A stretch of 20,763 bases of DNA from contig JAACUG010000044.1 in the NCBI GenBank assembly GCA_009993045.1, positions 1 through 20,763 of the forward strand, given 5' to 3'. The notes beneath the pieces were generated by a model. It was given only the letters and a program-made list of their open reading frames with translations, was not told the DNA's origin and did no database searches. Position numbers and translations under genes: made by a program. The DNA comes from Cyanobacteria bacterium CG_2015-22_32_23. Lineage in GTDB: Bacteria; Cyanobacteriota; Cyanobacteriia; Cyanobacteriales; Cyanobacteriaceae. This document shows positions 1 to 8,090 of the stretch, one piece after another; within the stretch, counting starts at the first letter, position 1, and each line of letters opens with the position of its first letter.

Positions 1-100
1 TTCAGAAATAGATAATTTACTCATTACTAGAGTATAGCTTAATAAATGAGCAAGTTTAAGAAGATTTAAGTAACTTTTTGTTAACTGTTAAAAGCCTTTC

Positions 101-1231
101 TCAGTTTTTAACATCTTGAAGATTACGAATATCTCCTTGATAGCCAAATATACTTAAAATTCGAGCAGTTTCTTCATAAGTTACGGGTTTTTGCGGTTGA
201 AAAAGAGTTATATAACCAAACCCTCTTCTAATATTCGATTCTTCCCCATTTTGCCAATCAACATATAATTGTCTCCATGTTTGAGGTTTTATTTTTGCGG
301 CATCTTGAAAACCCCAAGTTTCTTTAATAGTATCTAAAGTAGCGTTAGGTAATTTTTGTCGAAAATCTAAAGGTAACTTCCACATAATTAAATCTTCTCT
401 GGTTAAAGGAGTATCAGGTTTAAAAGTAATTGCATTACTATCTTGAGTTAAAGTCGAAGGAATTAAACCAGCTTCTGCTAAACCTTGAATTATGGCAAAA
501 TCAGGATCATTTTGGGCAATATCGGTAAAAATTGGCTTACTTTGAGGATTAGCAAGACGAATTAATTTACTATTTACATCAGCATATAAAAGATTATTTA
601 CCTTAACTAACCAACGAGCATATTCTCGACGGGTAATCGGTTGATAAGGATTTAATTTTTCCGTAGAAGAAATAATATTTAATCTCACTAATTCATCAAG
701 ACTTGAAGAAGATTCATTCACCTTAGAGATGCTAGAAGGTAAAGTATTATTATTTTCAGGAATAACTGGATTTGCCATAATTCCCGCCGCCGATTCATAA
801 GAAAGAGTAAATTCTGTTTCACCATTACGAGGAGTTAAAGACAACTTCATTGATTCATTGCTGTCTGGTTTTGTGGCAATAATTAAATTATCTTCTTTTT
901 GAGATATTGTCCATTTTTGTGCAATTAATTCTTGTTGATAATACTCTGTAATTAAGTTTAGCGGATCTGAAGATGTCCAATTTGTTTGTTTTCCGTCAAC
1001 ACTCACTAATTTTGCTTGAGCATAAATAGGTATCTCTTTCGGAAAATTATCAGGTAATTTAACCTCTGAAGTATTTTTAGGGGTTTCTACTGTAGGAGAT
1101 ACTTCCGTCTTTATTTCGTCAGGGTTTTTAGTCTGAAGGGGAGCAAAACGAGATTCTAAAGCCTTATTTGTACTACAACCATTTACCAAAACTAGCAAAA
1201 CTGAAAGTAAAATATAACGTACTGAAATCAT
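101..1231 (-). CDS. SLH-domain lipoprotein (putative envelope tether)
   Basis: 376-aa ORF. The N-terminus MISVRYILLSVLLVLVNGC looks like a lipoprotein signal peptide with a lipobox-like VNGC. The C-terminal half has three SLH-like segments: PITRREYARWLV; FTDIAQNDPDFAIIQGLAEAGLI...FKPDTPLTREDL; FQDAAKIK...FQPQKPVTYEETARIL. Confidence 0.7.
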   Translation of the reverse strand: MISVRYILLSVLLVLVNGCSTNKALESRFAPLQTKNPDEIKTEVSPTVETPKNTSEVKLPDNFPKEIPIYAQAKLVSVDGKQTNWTSSDPLNLITEYYQQELIAQKWTISQKEDNLIIATKPDSNESMKLSLTPRNGETEFTLSYESAAGIMANPVIPENNNTLPSSISKVNESSSSLDELVRLNIISSTEKLNPYQPITRREYARWLVKVNNLLYADVNSKLIRLANPQSKPIFTDIAQNDPDFAIIQGLAEAGLIPSTLTQDSNAITFKPDTPLTREDLIMWKLPLDFRQKLPNATLDTIKETWGFQDAAKIKPQTWRQLYVDWQNGEESNIRRGFGYITLFQPQKPVTYEETARILSIFGYQGDIRNLQDVKN

Positions 1232-1442
1232 GAGTTAAATTTTCTTAAATTGTGATCAACTATTAACTATCGAAAACGAAATAACATTTATTACAAAAAT
1301 CTCTTTTTTTTCTTTTTTTTACTATTACCTACAGAAATGAAAGAAGTTTAATAATTTATTTTTAAAGTAGCATTTTTTCTGTATATTGTTGTTATGTTCA
1401 TAAGTCACAAAACAAATTTTTCTCTTATTCTCTCATAATTTC

Positions 1443-1886
1443 ATGACCCATAGTTTTCTTTTAGAATCAGGCAGTTGGATTATTAAAGGTGCATGGTTAG
1501 ATAAAAATCAAAAATCTAGCCTTTTTAAAGGTGCTATTATTATCACTTGGGATCAATCTAACTGGTTCATTATGAAAACTAAAATTGTTTTTCTTAGTGG
1601 CGATCGCCAAGATATAACCTTTGAATATAAAGGATTTTTACCTGCCAATAAAAATCAGTATGCTTATGTATTAAAAAGAAGTGATTTTGAGAAAATAGAA
1701 GGAGAAGGTTGGTTAACCAATGATTCAATTATCAAAAGATATTGGATATTAGGAGATAATCGGCGTTTAAATGGCTTTGAAACGTATTTTTGCCTAGACG
1801 AAAATACCTACCATCTCACCAGTGGGATGATGGCGGGAAATCACCTTTTAAATACCTTAGAAGGAATTTTAGAACGTCGTGGGTAA
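1443..1886 (+). CDS. hypothetical protein (147 aa, beta-rich, no recognisable motif)
   Basis: Clean ATG ORF in a divergent arrangement with the upstream gene, 57 bp ahead of the kinase gene. Contains a HIP1 site. I recognise no family signature. Confidence 0.55.
   Translation: MTHSFLLESGSWIIKGAWLDKNQKSSLFKGAIIITWDQSNWFIMKTKIVFLSGDRQDITFEYKGFLPANKNQYAYVLKRSDFEKIEGEGWLTNDSIIKRYWILGDNRRLNGFETYFCLDENTYHLTSGMMAGNHLLNTLEGILERRG
1610..1617. repeat. HIP1 octamer GCGATCGC
   Basis: Exact GCGATCGC palindrome, the highly iterated palindrome typical of cyanobacterial genomes. Confidence 0.9.
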
Positions 1887-1943
1887 AAAGTGAATATATA
1901 AGTCAAAATAATAATAGATAAGATTTGATATTGAAGTTAAATC

Positions 1944-3473
1944 ATGAGTTTAGGGAAAAAAGAAAATCGGATACTAGCAAATCGTTATCAACTGATTGAG
2001 TTAATTGGCTCTGGGGCAATGGGGCAGGTATATAGAGCTGAAGATCAAGTATTAGGTGGGGTAACGGTGGCCATTAAATTCCTCTCCCAAACCTTACTTA
2101 ACGATAAAATGCGTGGTCGCTTTGAAACTGAAGCAACTATAAGTGCATTGTTAGGAGAAAAAAGTATTCATATCATTCGAGTAAGAGATTATGGTATCGA
2201 TGAAAATGAAATCCCTTACTATGTGATGGAGTTTTTAGAAGGGCAAAGTTTAAGCGATATTATTAAATTTCAACCCATGGCACTAAAAAGGTTTCTCTAT
2301 GTTACTCGTCAGATTTGCGTAGGGATGGATGCCGCTCACAGTGGAATAATGTTACACAAAGAATTATGTCAAGTGGTACATCGAGACATTAAACCTAGTA
2401 ATGTTTTGGTAATGGAAGATCCCACATTAGGAGAATTAGTCAAAATATTAGACTTTGGGATTGCTAAATTAGTACAAGCAAATGCAACTCAAACTCATTC
2501 ATTTATGGGAACTTTAGCTTATTGCTCCCCCGAACAAATGGAAGGAAAAGAGTTAGATAATCGTTCAGATATTTATAGTTTAGGGGTAATGATGTACGAA
2601 ATGTTAACCCTAGAAATGCCCATCTTGCCAGAAACATCATCTTTTGGTGCATGGTATAAAGCCCATCATGATTTTGAGCCTCGCCCTTTTGAAGCACATC
2701 TAAAAATACCTTCAGAATTAAAAAATATCATCATGAAGTGTATGGCCAAATCCAGAGATAAACGCCCACAAACCGTAGCCGAAATCTTAAAAGTCATCGA
2801 AGGATTAGAAAAAGAATATAAACGCAATAATCAACAAAAAACCAGTTATTCAAGTCAAGAAACCATTGTTGCAGATAAAGATAAAACAGAAGTTTCTCAA
2901 GCCAAAGTTACTCCAACTCAAAAAAAATCTGAAGTAAAACCGACTAAAGACACAAAATTAACATGGCCTAAAAATAAACCTTTACAAAAAATTGTTTTTC
3001 CTCGTATTGTTAATACAGAAACAGAAAACTACCCTAGTTTATGGGTAATGTTAGATAAACAAGATATTTTAAATCGTATAGTTAGTATTCGTTATAATCA
3101 ATTTCTTTTTTTAAGTTCACCTCATCCCATGATTTTGTGGATTACAGTTATTTATAATCCCACCCATGGCCCCCGTTGGCTACCTTGTTACTTAGACTTA
3201 AAAACAGAAAGCGCAAGACAAGTAGTTTCTGCTTTATCTCAACTAGGTAGTTATAAAATTCTCTTTTTTGCTTTAGAAGAGCCTGAAAAATGTCAACATA
3301 GTATGATTTCTACCATCGCCTCTAATCAATGTACTATTATGAAAGAATGGATTAAAAACACTACTATTCCCACTCCTGAAGGGGATGCAAAAGTTAGTCG
3401 TAAAAGATTAAGAGATGAATTTGAACGATTAAAACCTCGTATTTTAGAAAAACTAGGACAAAGTTATCAATAA
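1944..3473 (+). CDS. Hanks-type serine/threonine protein kinase with uncharacterised C-terminal domain
   Basis: 509 aa. Kinase motifs are all present: IGSGAMGQVY (Gly loop), VAIKF (Lys), HRDIKPSNVL (catalytic loop), DFGIAK (DFG), GTLAYCSPEQ (APE-like). After aa ~290 comes a K/T/Q-rich linker, then a ~170-aa domain with no motif I recognise and no TM segment. Confidence 0.9.
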   Translation: MSLGKKENRILANRYQLIELIGSGAMGQVYRAEDQVLGGVTVAIKFLSQTLLNDKMRGRFETEATISALLGEKSIHIIRVRDYGIDENEIPYYVMEFLEGQSLSDIIKFQPMALKRFLYVTRQICVGMDAAHSGIMLHKELCQVVHRDIKPSNVLVMEDPTLGELVKILDFGIAKLVQANATQTHSFMGTLAYCSPEQMEGKELDNRSDIYSLGVMMYEMLTLEMPILPETSSFGAWYKAHHDFEPRPFEAHLKIPSELKNIIMKCMAKSRDKRPQTVAEILKVIEGLEKEYKRNNQQKTSYSSQETIVADKDKTEVSQAKVTPTQKKSEVKPTKDTKLTWPKNKPLQKIVFPRIVNTETENYPSLWVMLDKQDILNRIVSIRYNQFLFLSSPHPMILWITVIYNPTHGPRWLPCYLDLKTESARQVVSALSQLGSYKILFFALEEPEKCQHSMISTIASNQCTIMKEWIKNTTIPTPEGDAKVSRKRLRDEFERLKPRILEKLGQSYQ

Positions 3474-3518
3474 TTAAGGTTATAAATAATTGTCAATGAT
3501 CAATTACATAAATAAAGT

Positions 3519-6254
3519 ATGGATTTAATTTTATGTCATCAAACGGCGGATTTCGATGCTTTAGGGGCGGCAGTAGGTTTAACTAAATTACATTTAGGTG
3601 CGAAAATCATTTTAACGGGAGGCGCACATCCTTCGGTGAAAAATTTTTTAGCTTTACATCGAGATGAATTAGCTTTAATGGAGTTTCGTAGTGTTAATCC
3701 TCAAAAAATTAGAAATTTATTTATTGTGGATACTCAAAATTCTAGTCGTTTAGGAAAAGCTACAGAATGGTTAGATTTAGAGAATATAGAGTCCATAACT
3801 ATTTACGATCATCATCTTGAAAACGAAGCTAATATCACGGCTAGTTTTAAATATATCGAAAAAGTTGGTTCTAGTGCCACAATTATTTGCGAACTTTTAC
3901 AAGAAAAATCTTTAACCCTAAATACCATCGAAGCCACGGTAATGGCATTAGGAATCCATGTGGATACTGGTTCACTCACTTACGAACAGACTACTTCTCG
4001 GGATGCTTTAGCCTTGGCATGGTTGATGACTCAAGGAATAAATCTTCGCACCATAGGAGAATATGTTGAACCAAGTTTAGCACCATCGTTACAGCAGTTG
4101 TTACCCCAAGCCTTAAAGAATTTACAAACAGAAATTATTAACGGTTGTTGTGTGGGATGGATATTATTAGAAACTCCTAATTTTATGGCTGGATTGTCTA
4201 ATTTAGCAGGAAGAATTAGAGATTTAACGGAAGTTGATGTTTTTTTATTGGGACATTATTATGGTTATAGTGTCAAGTCTAAACAGATTTTTTCGGAAAC
4301 GGAAGAAAAGAAAAAAGGAAAATTAACGGTAATTGGGCGTAGTGGTATAGATTCGGTGAATTTAGCTTCTATTTTTACAGATTTTGGCGGAGGAGGTCAT
4401 AGTAGTGCAGCTTCTTTTAATTTACGTTGTGATAATCCTCAAGAAATAATTAATAATCTTTTGACTCAGATTAAAGATTTAATTCCTTTTCCTCTGGTGG
4501 CTAGAGATTTAATGTCATCTCCTGTGCGCACAATTCTTCCTCACCTTACCATCGAAAAAGCACAACGAATTTTACTCCGTTATGGGCATTCAGGGTTATT
4601 TGTGGTGACGGAAAAAGGGGAATTAGTGGGAGTAATTTCTCGCCGAGATATTGATTTAGCTTTACATCATGGCTTTTCTCATGCACCTGTAAAAGGTTAT
4701 ATGACGAAAAATGTCCAAAAAATTCACCCTCAAACTTCTTTCCGTGATATTCAAAGTTTAATGGTAAATAATGATATTGGTAGATTACCAGTAATGGAAA
4801 ACAATGAGTTATTAGGTATCGTGACGCGCACAGATATTTTACGACATCTTCATCAATTTAGTCTCAATGATTCTCCTTCTCAAGATACTTTACCTCTACT
4901 TTCTTGTCTTTTACCTTCTTTTGAAAAACATTTACATCCCCCTATCTGGAAGTTATTACAACAAGCGGCAACTTATGCACAAACTCAAGGTTGGCATCTT
5001 TATCTGGTGGGTGGTGGTGTAAGAGATTTATTATTAACCTCATCTTGCGATACTCTTTCTTTGCAGGATATTGATTTAGTGGTAGATGGTTTTCATAAAT
5101 CGGCAATTACTGAGGCTGGAGTAAAGTTAGCTAAATCCTTGCAAAATATTTATCCTCAAGCACGTTTAAGTATTCATGGGGAATTTCAAACTGCTGCATT
5201 ATTATGGCATAAAGACGAGAATTTAGGCTCATTATGGGTAGATATTGCCACCGCGCGCACGGAATTTTATCCTTATCCTGCGGCTAATCCTGTGGTAGAA
5301 TCGAGCTCAATTCGTCAAGATTTATACCGTAGAGACTTTACTATCAATGCTTTAGCTGTGCGTCTTACTCATCCTCGTGGAGGGGAATTATTAGATTTTT
5401 TTGGCGGTTTAAAAGATTTACGCTCAAATTTTATCAGAGTTTTACATCCTAATAGCTTTATAGAAGATCCTACCAGAATTTTTCGGGCGGTAAGGTTTGC
5501 TGTAAGACTAAATTTTATCATTGAATCAGAAACCAGAGAATATATTAACTATGCTATTTCTAGTGGGGTATATGAAAGAGTCTCCTCAGAAAAAACCTCT
5601 ATTCCAGCCTTAACTACTCGTCTCAAAGCGGAATTAAACTATATTCTCCAAGCGCAGTATTGGAAACCAGCTTTAAAATTATTGCAAGAAGTGGGCGCTT
5701 TAACTTGTTTGCACAAAAATTGTCAATTAACTCCCCAGTTATGGTGGCAAATTCGTTGTTTAGATCGTTGGTTAAGATATTATCATTTAGATGAACAAAA
5801 TCCTCCCGTTACTTGTTGGTTATTACGATTAGAAATTATTTTGGCTTCTTTTATGGAAGGGGTGAAAGTAGCGGAAAATTTACAATTACCTAAAGACAGT
5901 ATCCAAAGACTGAAATATTTGTCAATTAATGAGGAAAATATTAAAAATACTTTATCCACTTGTCAATCTATTAGTGAAAAGGTAAAATTCTTATCAACTT
6001 ACCAACCTTTGACTCTTTTACTTGTTGCGGTAAAAAATGATAAACACATTAGAAAAACTATTTGGTGTTATTTGATGACGTGGAATAAGATAAAATTCCC
6101 TTTTAATGGCGATGACTTGAGGGATTTAGGTTATAAACCTAGTAAAAAATATAAACAAATATTGACAACAGTACAGGCTTTATTTTTAGATGGTAAGATT
6201 AATAATACTCTTGAGGCAAAAGATTTTATCCTGAAAAATTATCCTCTTTGCTAA
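3519..6254 (+). CDS. DHH/DHHA1 phosphoesterase - CBS pair - tRNA nucleotidyltransferase/poly(A) polymerase family fusion protein (CCA-adding enzyme-like)
   Basis: 911 aa. N-terminal part: HQTADFDALGAA (DHH motif I), IYDHH (DHH), FGGGGHSSAASF (DHHA1 GGGH). Middle: two CBS-like repeats (ARDLMSSPVRTI...GVISRRDI; GYMTKNV...GIVTRTDIL). C-terminal part: GGGVRDLLL, DIDLVVDG, RRDFTINALA, EDPTRIFRAVRFAVRL (nucleotidyltransferase head/neck motifs). Confidence 0.9.
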   Translation: MDLILCHQTADFDALGAAVGLTKLHLGAKIILTGGAHPSVKNFLALHRDELALMEFRSVNPQKIRNLFIVDTQNSSRLGKATEWLDLENIESITIYDHHLENEANITASFKYIEKVGSSATIICELLQEKSLTLNTIEATVMALGIHVDTGSLTYEQTTSRDALALAWLMTQGINLRTIGEYVEPSLAPSLQQLLPQALKNLQTEIINGCCVGWILLETPNFMAGLSNLAGRIRDLTEVDVFLLGHYYGYSVKSKQIFSETEEKKKGKLTVIGRSGIDSVNLASIFTDFGGGGHSSAASFNLRCDNPQEIINNLLTQIKDLIPFPLVARDLMSSPVRTILPHLTIEKAQRILLRYGHSGLFVVTEKGELVGVISRRDIDLALHHGFSHAPVKGYMTKNVQKIHPQTSFRDIQSLMVNNDIGRLPVMENNELLGIVTRTDILRHLHQFSLNDSPSQDTLPLLSCLLPSFEKHLHPPIWKLLQQAATYAQTQGWHLYLVGGGVRDLLLTSSCDTLSLQDIDLVVDGFHKSAITEAGVKLAKSLQNIYPQARLSIHGEFQTAALLWHKDENLGSLWVDIATARTEFYPYPAANPVVESSSIRQDLYRRDFTINALAVRLTHPRGGELLDFFGGLKDLRSNFIRVLHPNSFIEDPTRIFRAVRFAVRLNFIIESETREYINYAISSGVYERVSSEKTSIPALTTRLKAELNYILQAQYWKPALKLLQEVGALTCLHKNCQLTPQLWWQIRCLDRWLRYYHLDEQNPPVTCWLLRLEIILASFMEGVKVAENLQLPKDSIQRLKYLSINEENIKNTLSTCQSISEKVKFLSTYQPLTLLLVAVKNDKHIRKTIWCYLMTWNKIKFPFNGDDLRDLGYKPSKKYKQILTTVQALFLDGKINNTLEAKDFILKNYPLC

Positions 6255-6373
6255 TTTGATTATGATAATCTCACTTTTGGCTAGATTTTAGTTATTATTA
6301 CTTGTTAGTAAAATTATTTACTTTTAAGAATTAACTAACCATTAAACACTAAAAAATTTTATTTATTATTTTT

Positions 6374-6679
6374 ATGAAGGGGAAAATATCAAATACAGTG
6401 ACTAAATCTACTCTTAAAATTAATTCTCCTAATTTAGAATTGTCTTCATCTCAGATGATAAAAAATGTTTCAATTAAGAAAAAAATAAACATGGATGACA
6501 TTCCCGAAAAACAAAAACAAAAATCCTTAACAATTTTTAAACAATTAATTATCATTACCAGTATAGTATTTAGTTTTGGTGGTTTCGGATTCGGTTTTGC
6601 CTTACGTTATGGGCATCATTTAGAAATTTCTCAGTCAAATAATTCTCCTCTCAATAATATTTCTGAAAACCAGCAGTAA
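6374..6679 (+). CDS. hypothetical small membrane protein (weak call)
   Basis: 101-aa ORF with one hydrophobic segment (LIIITSIVFSFGGFGFGFAL). The remainder is low-complexity. An alternative start at ATG 6491 (MDDIPEK...) would give 62 aa. No family signature. Confidence 0.35.
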   Translation: MKGKISNTVTKSTLKINSPNLELSSSQMIKNVSIKKKINMDDIPEKQKQKSLTIFKQLIIITSIVFSFGGFGFGFALRYGHHLEISQSNNSPLNNISENQQ

Positions 6680-6865
6680 ATAATTTTAACTACTAAAGTA
6701 AAATAGATTGTGGAGTTTAAAATTAATGAAAATAACTCATAATCTTTTTTGCCTCTTCCATTCTTCTATAAGTGCATGAGTGTTAAAGTAAACATACAAT
6801 TAATCTTGGCTATTTACTTATATAGTTTATTCTCAATTTATCACTCCTTAACCATTACTATTTAT

Positions 6866-7567
6866 CTATTGTACTCCCACTGAACGCCCTCCAGAGCCAA
6901 AAACTAAAATTTTATCTTGGGCGAAAGGTTCCCATCCTACTTCATAACCAATACTCCAAGCCTTTTCCCTCGCAACTCTAAAAGTTTCAAAACTATCAGG
7001 ACGTACAATAAAAGCGATATAATTAACATCAGGATTTAATTGTTTTAAAGTGTTAATAAAGCTAGAGTTAGTCATTTTTAATTGTTTAGAATCTTCTCCT
7101 TGAGATGAAGAATTAGCTTCATATTTTAATGCTCCATCTTCAGTAAAACTAACTAAATAATCACCGTTATCATAATAAAAATTATCGAGTTTAATATTTC
7201 TAGTCTTAATACATTGCTCATAATCTTGTATTTCTTGTAGATAAAAACTGTATAAATAAGAAGGAATATCTTTGGGAATATCAGGAGTTTTACAATTAGG
7301 TAAAGTTGCTAATACTTGATTAATTTCACTATCTAATTTAGGATCATTTAAGGAAAAAATTTTGTTATTTCTTACTTCAAAAAAAAGAGGTTGTTTGTTG
7401 GTTTGTGAGCGTAAAGGTGTCCTAATAATTGTACCAGCTTCTGCTGCTAATAAACTGACAAATAAACCAATAAACATCAATACTCCTACGGTATTTGTCA
7501 ATATATCTAAAAATGAATCTAAATTTTGTTCGGGATGATTTTTTTTTCTAATTCTTCTAGGTCTCAT
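6866..7567 (-). CDS. ExbD/TolR-like single-pass membrane protein, long form (233 aa)
   Basis: Basic N-terminus followed by a TM segment (NLDSFLDILTNTVGVLMFIGLFVSLL) that resembles the ExbD/TolR TM, with Asp21 at the position of the conserved protonatable Asp. The C-terminal motif NYIAFIVRPDSFETFRVAREKAWSIGYEVGWEP is shared with the adjacent 150-aa ORF. Lies 28 bp downstream of that ORF on the same strand. Confidence 0.6.
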   Translation of the reverse strand: MRPRRIRKKNHPEQNLDSFLDILTNTVGVLMFIGLFVSLLAAEAGTIIRTPLRSQTNKQPLFFEVRNNKIFSLNDPKLDSEINQVLATLPNCKTPDIPKDIPSYLYSFYLQEIQDYEQCIKTRNIKLDNFYYDNGDYLVSFTEDGALKYEANSSSQGEDSKQLKMTNSSFINTLKQLNPDVNYIAFIVRPDSFETFRVAREKAWSIGYEVGWEPFAQDKILVFGSGGRSVGVQ

Positions 7568-7595
7568 AATGTTATTAATGTTATCATATTTTTGA

Positions 7596-8048
7596 CTATT
7601 TAACTTTTAAAGTCCAACCTTCTTCTATGGGTTCATAACCTATATCAATTTTTTCTTTTTCAATCAAATCTCTTACTTGTTGAAAAACCTCAATTCCTTT
7701 TGGTCTAACTGCTACAATAACATATTCTTTATCTTTATTTGCTCTAATATTTGCAATAAAATTTAGTAATTTAGAATCATTGTTACTAAGTTTATTTTTG
7801 GGTATAAATTCTTGACTAGGATAGATAACAACTCCGTCTTCTTTACATTCAATATAACGAGGTTGTTTTTTTTGATTTATTCCTTTTCCGTCAGTTTTAG
7901 CAATAATTGTTACTTCTGGATTAGTATTTAATGTTTCTGTACTAATGACAATTATAAGTAAAATTAAACTCCCAATAGTACAAGCTAGAATAGATAAAAA
8001 AGGGAATAATTCCATTTCTATTTTATTAGATTTTAATTGTCTGCGCAT
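7596..8048 (-). CDS. ExbD/TolR-like single-pass membrane protein, short form (150 aa)
   Basis: Basic N-terminus plus TM segment (ELFPFLSILACTIGSLILLIIVIS). The periplasmic part ends in EYVIVAVRPKGIEVFQQVRDLIEKEKIDIGYEP, which fits the ExbD-like pattern (beta strand, helix, strand). Lies 42 bp downstream of the MotA/ExbB-like gene. Confidence 0.6.
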   Translation of the reverse strand: MRRQLKSNKIEMELFPFLSILACTIGSLILLIIVISTETLNTNPEVTIIAKTDGKGINQKKQPRYIECKEDGVVIYPSQEFIPKNKLSNNDSKLLNFIANIRANKDKEYVIVAVRPKGIEVFQQVRDLIEKEKIDIGYEPIEEGWTLKVK

Positions 8049-8090
8049 TTTTAAAAATTAGATAATAATAGTAGTTAATAATTAATAGTT

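Noticed and set aside
2503-2697. 64-aa minus-strand ORF
   Set aside because: It is entirely antisense within the well-supported kinase gene and has no motifs. The same applies to 3887-4069 (+, an alternative frame inside the CCA-family gene).
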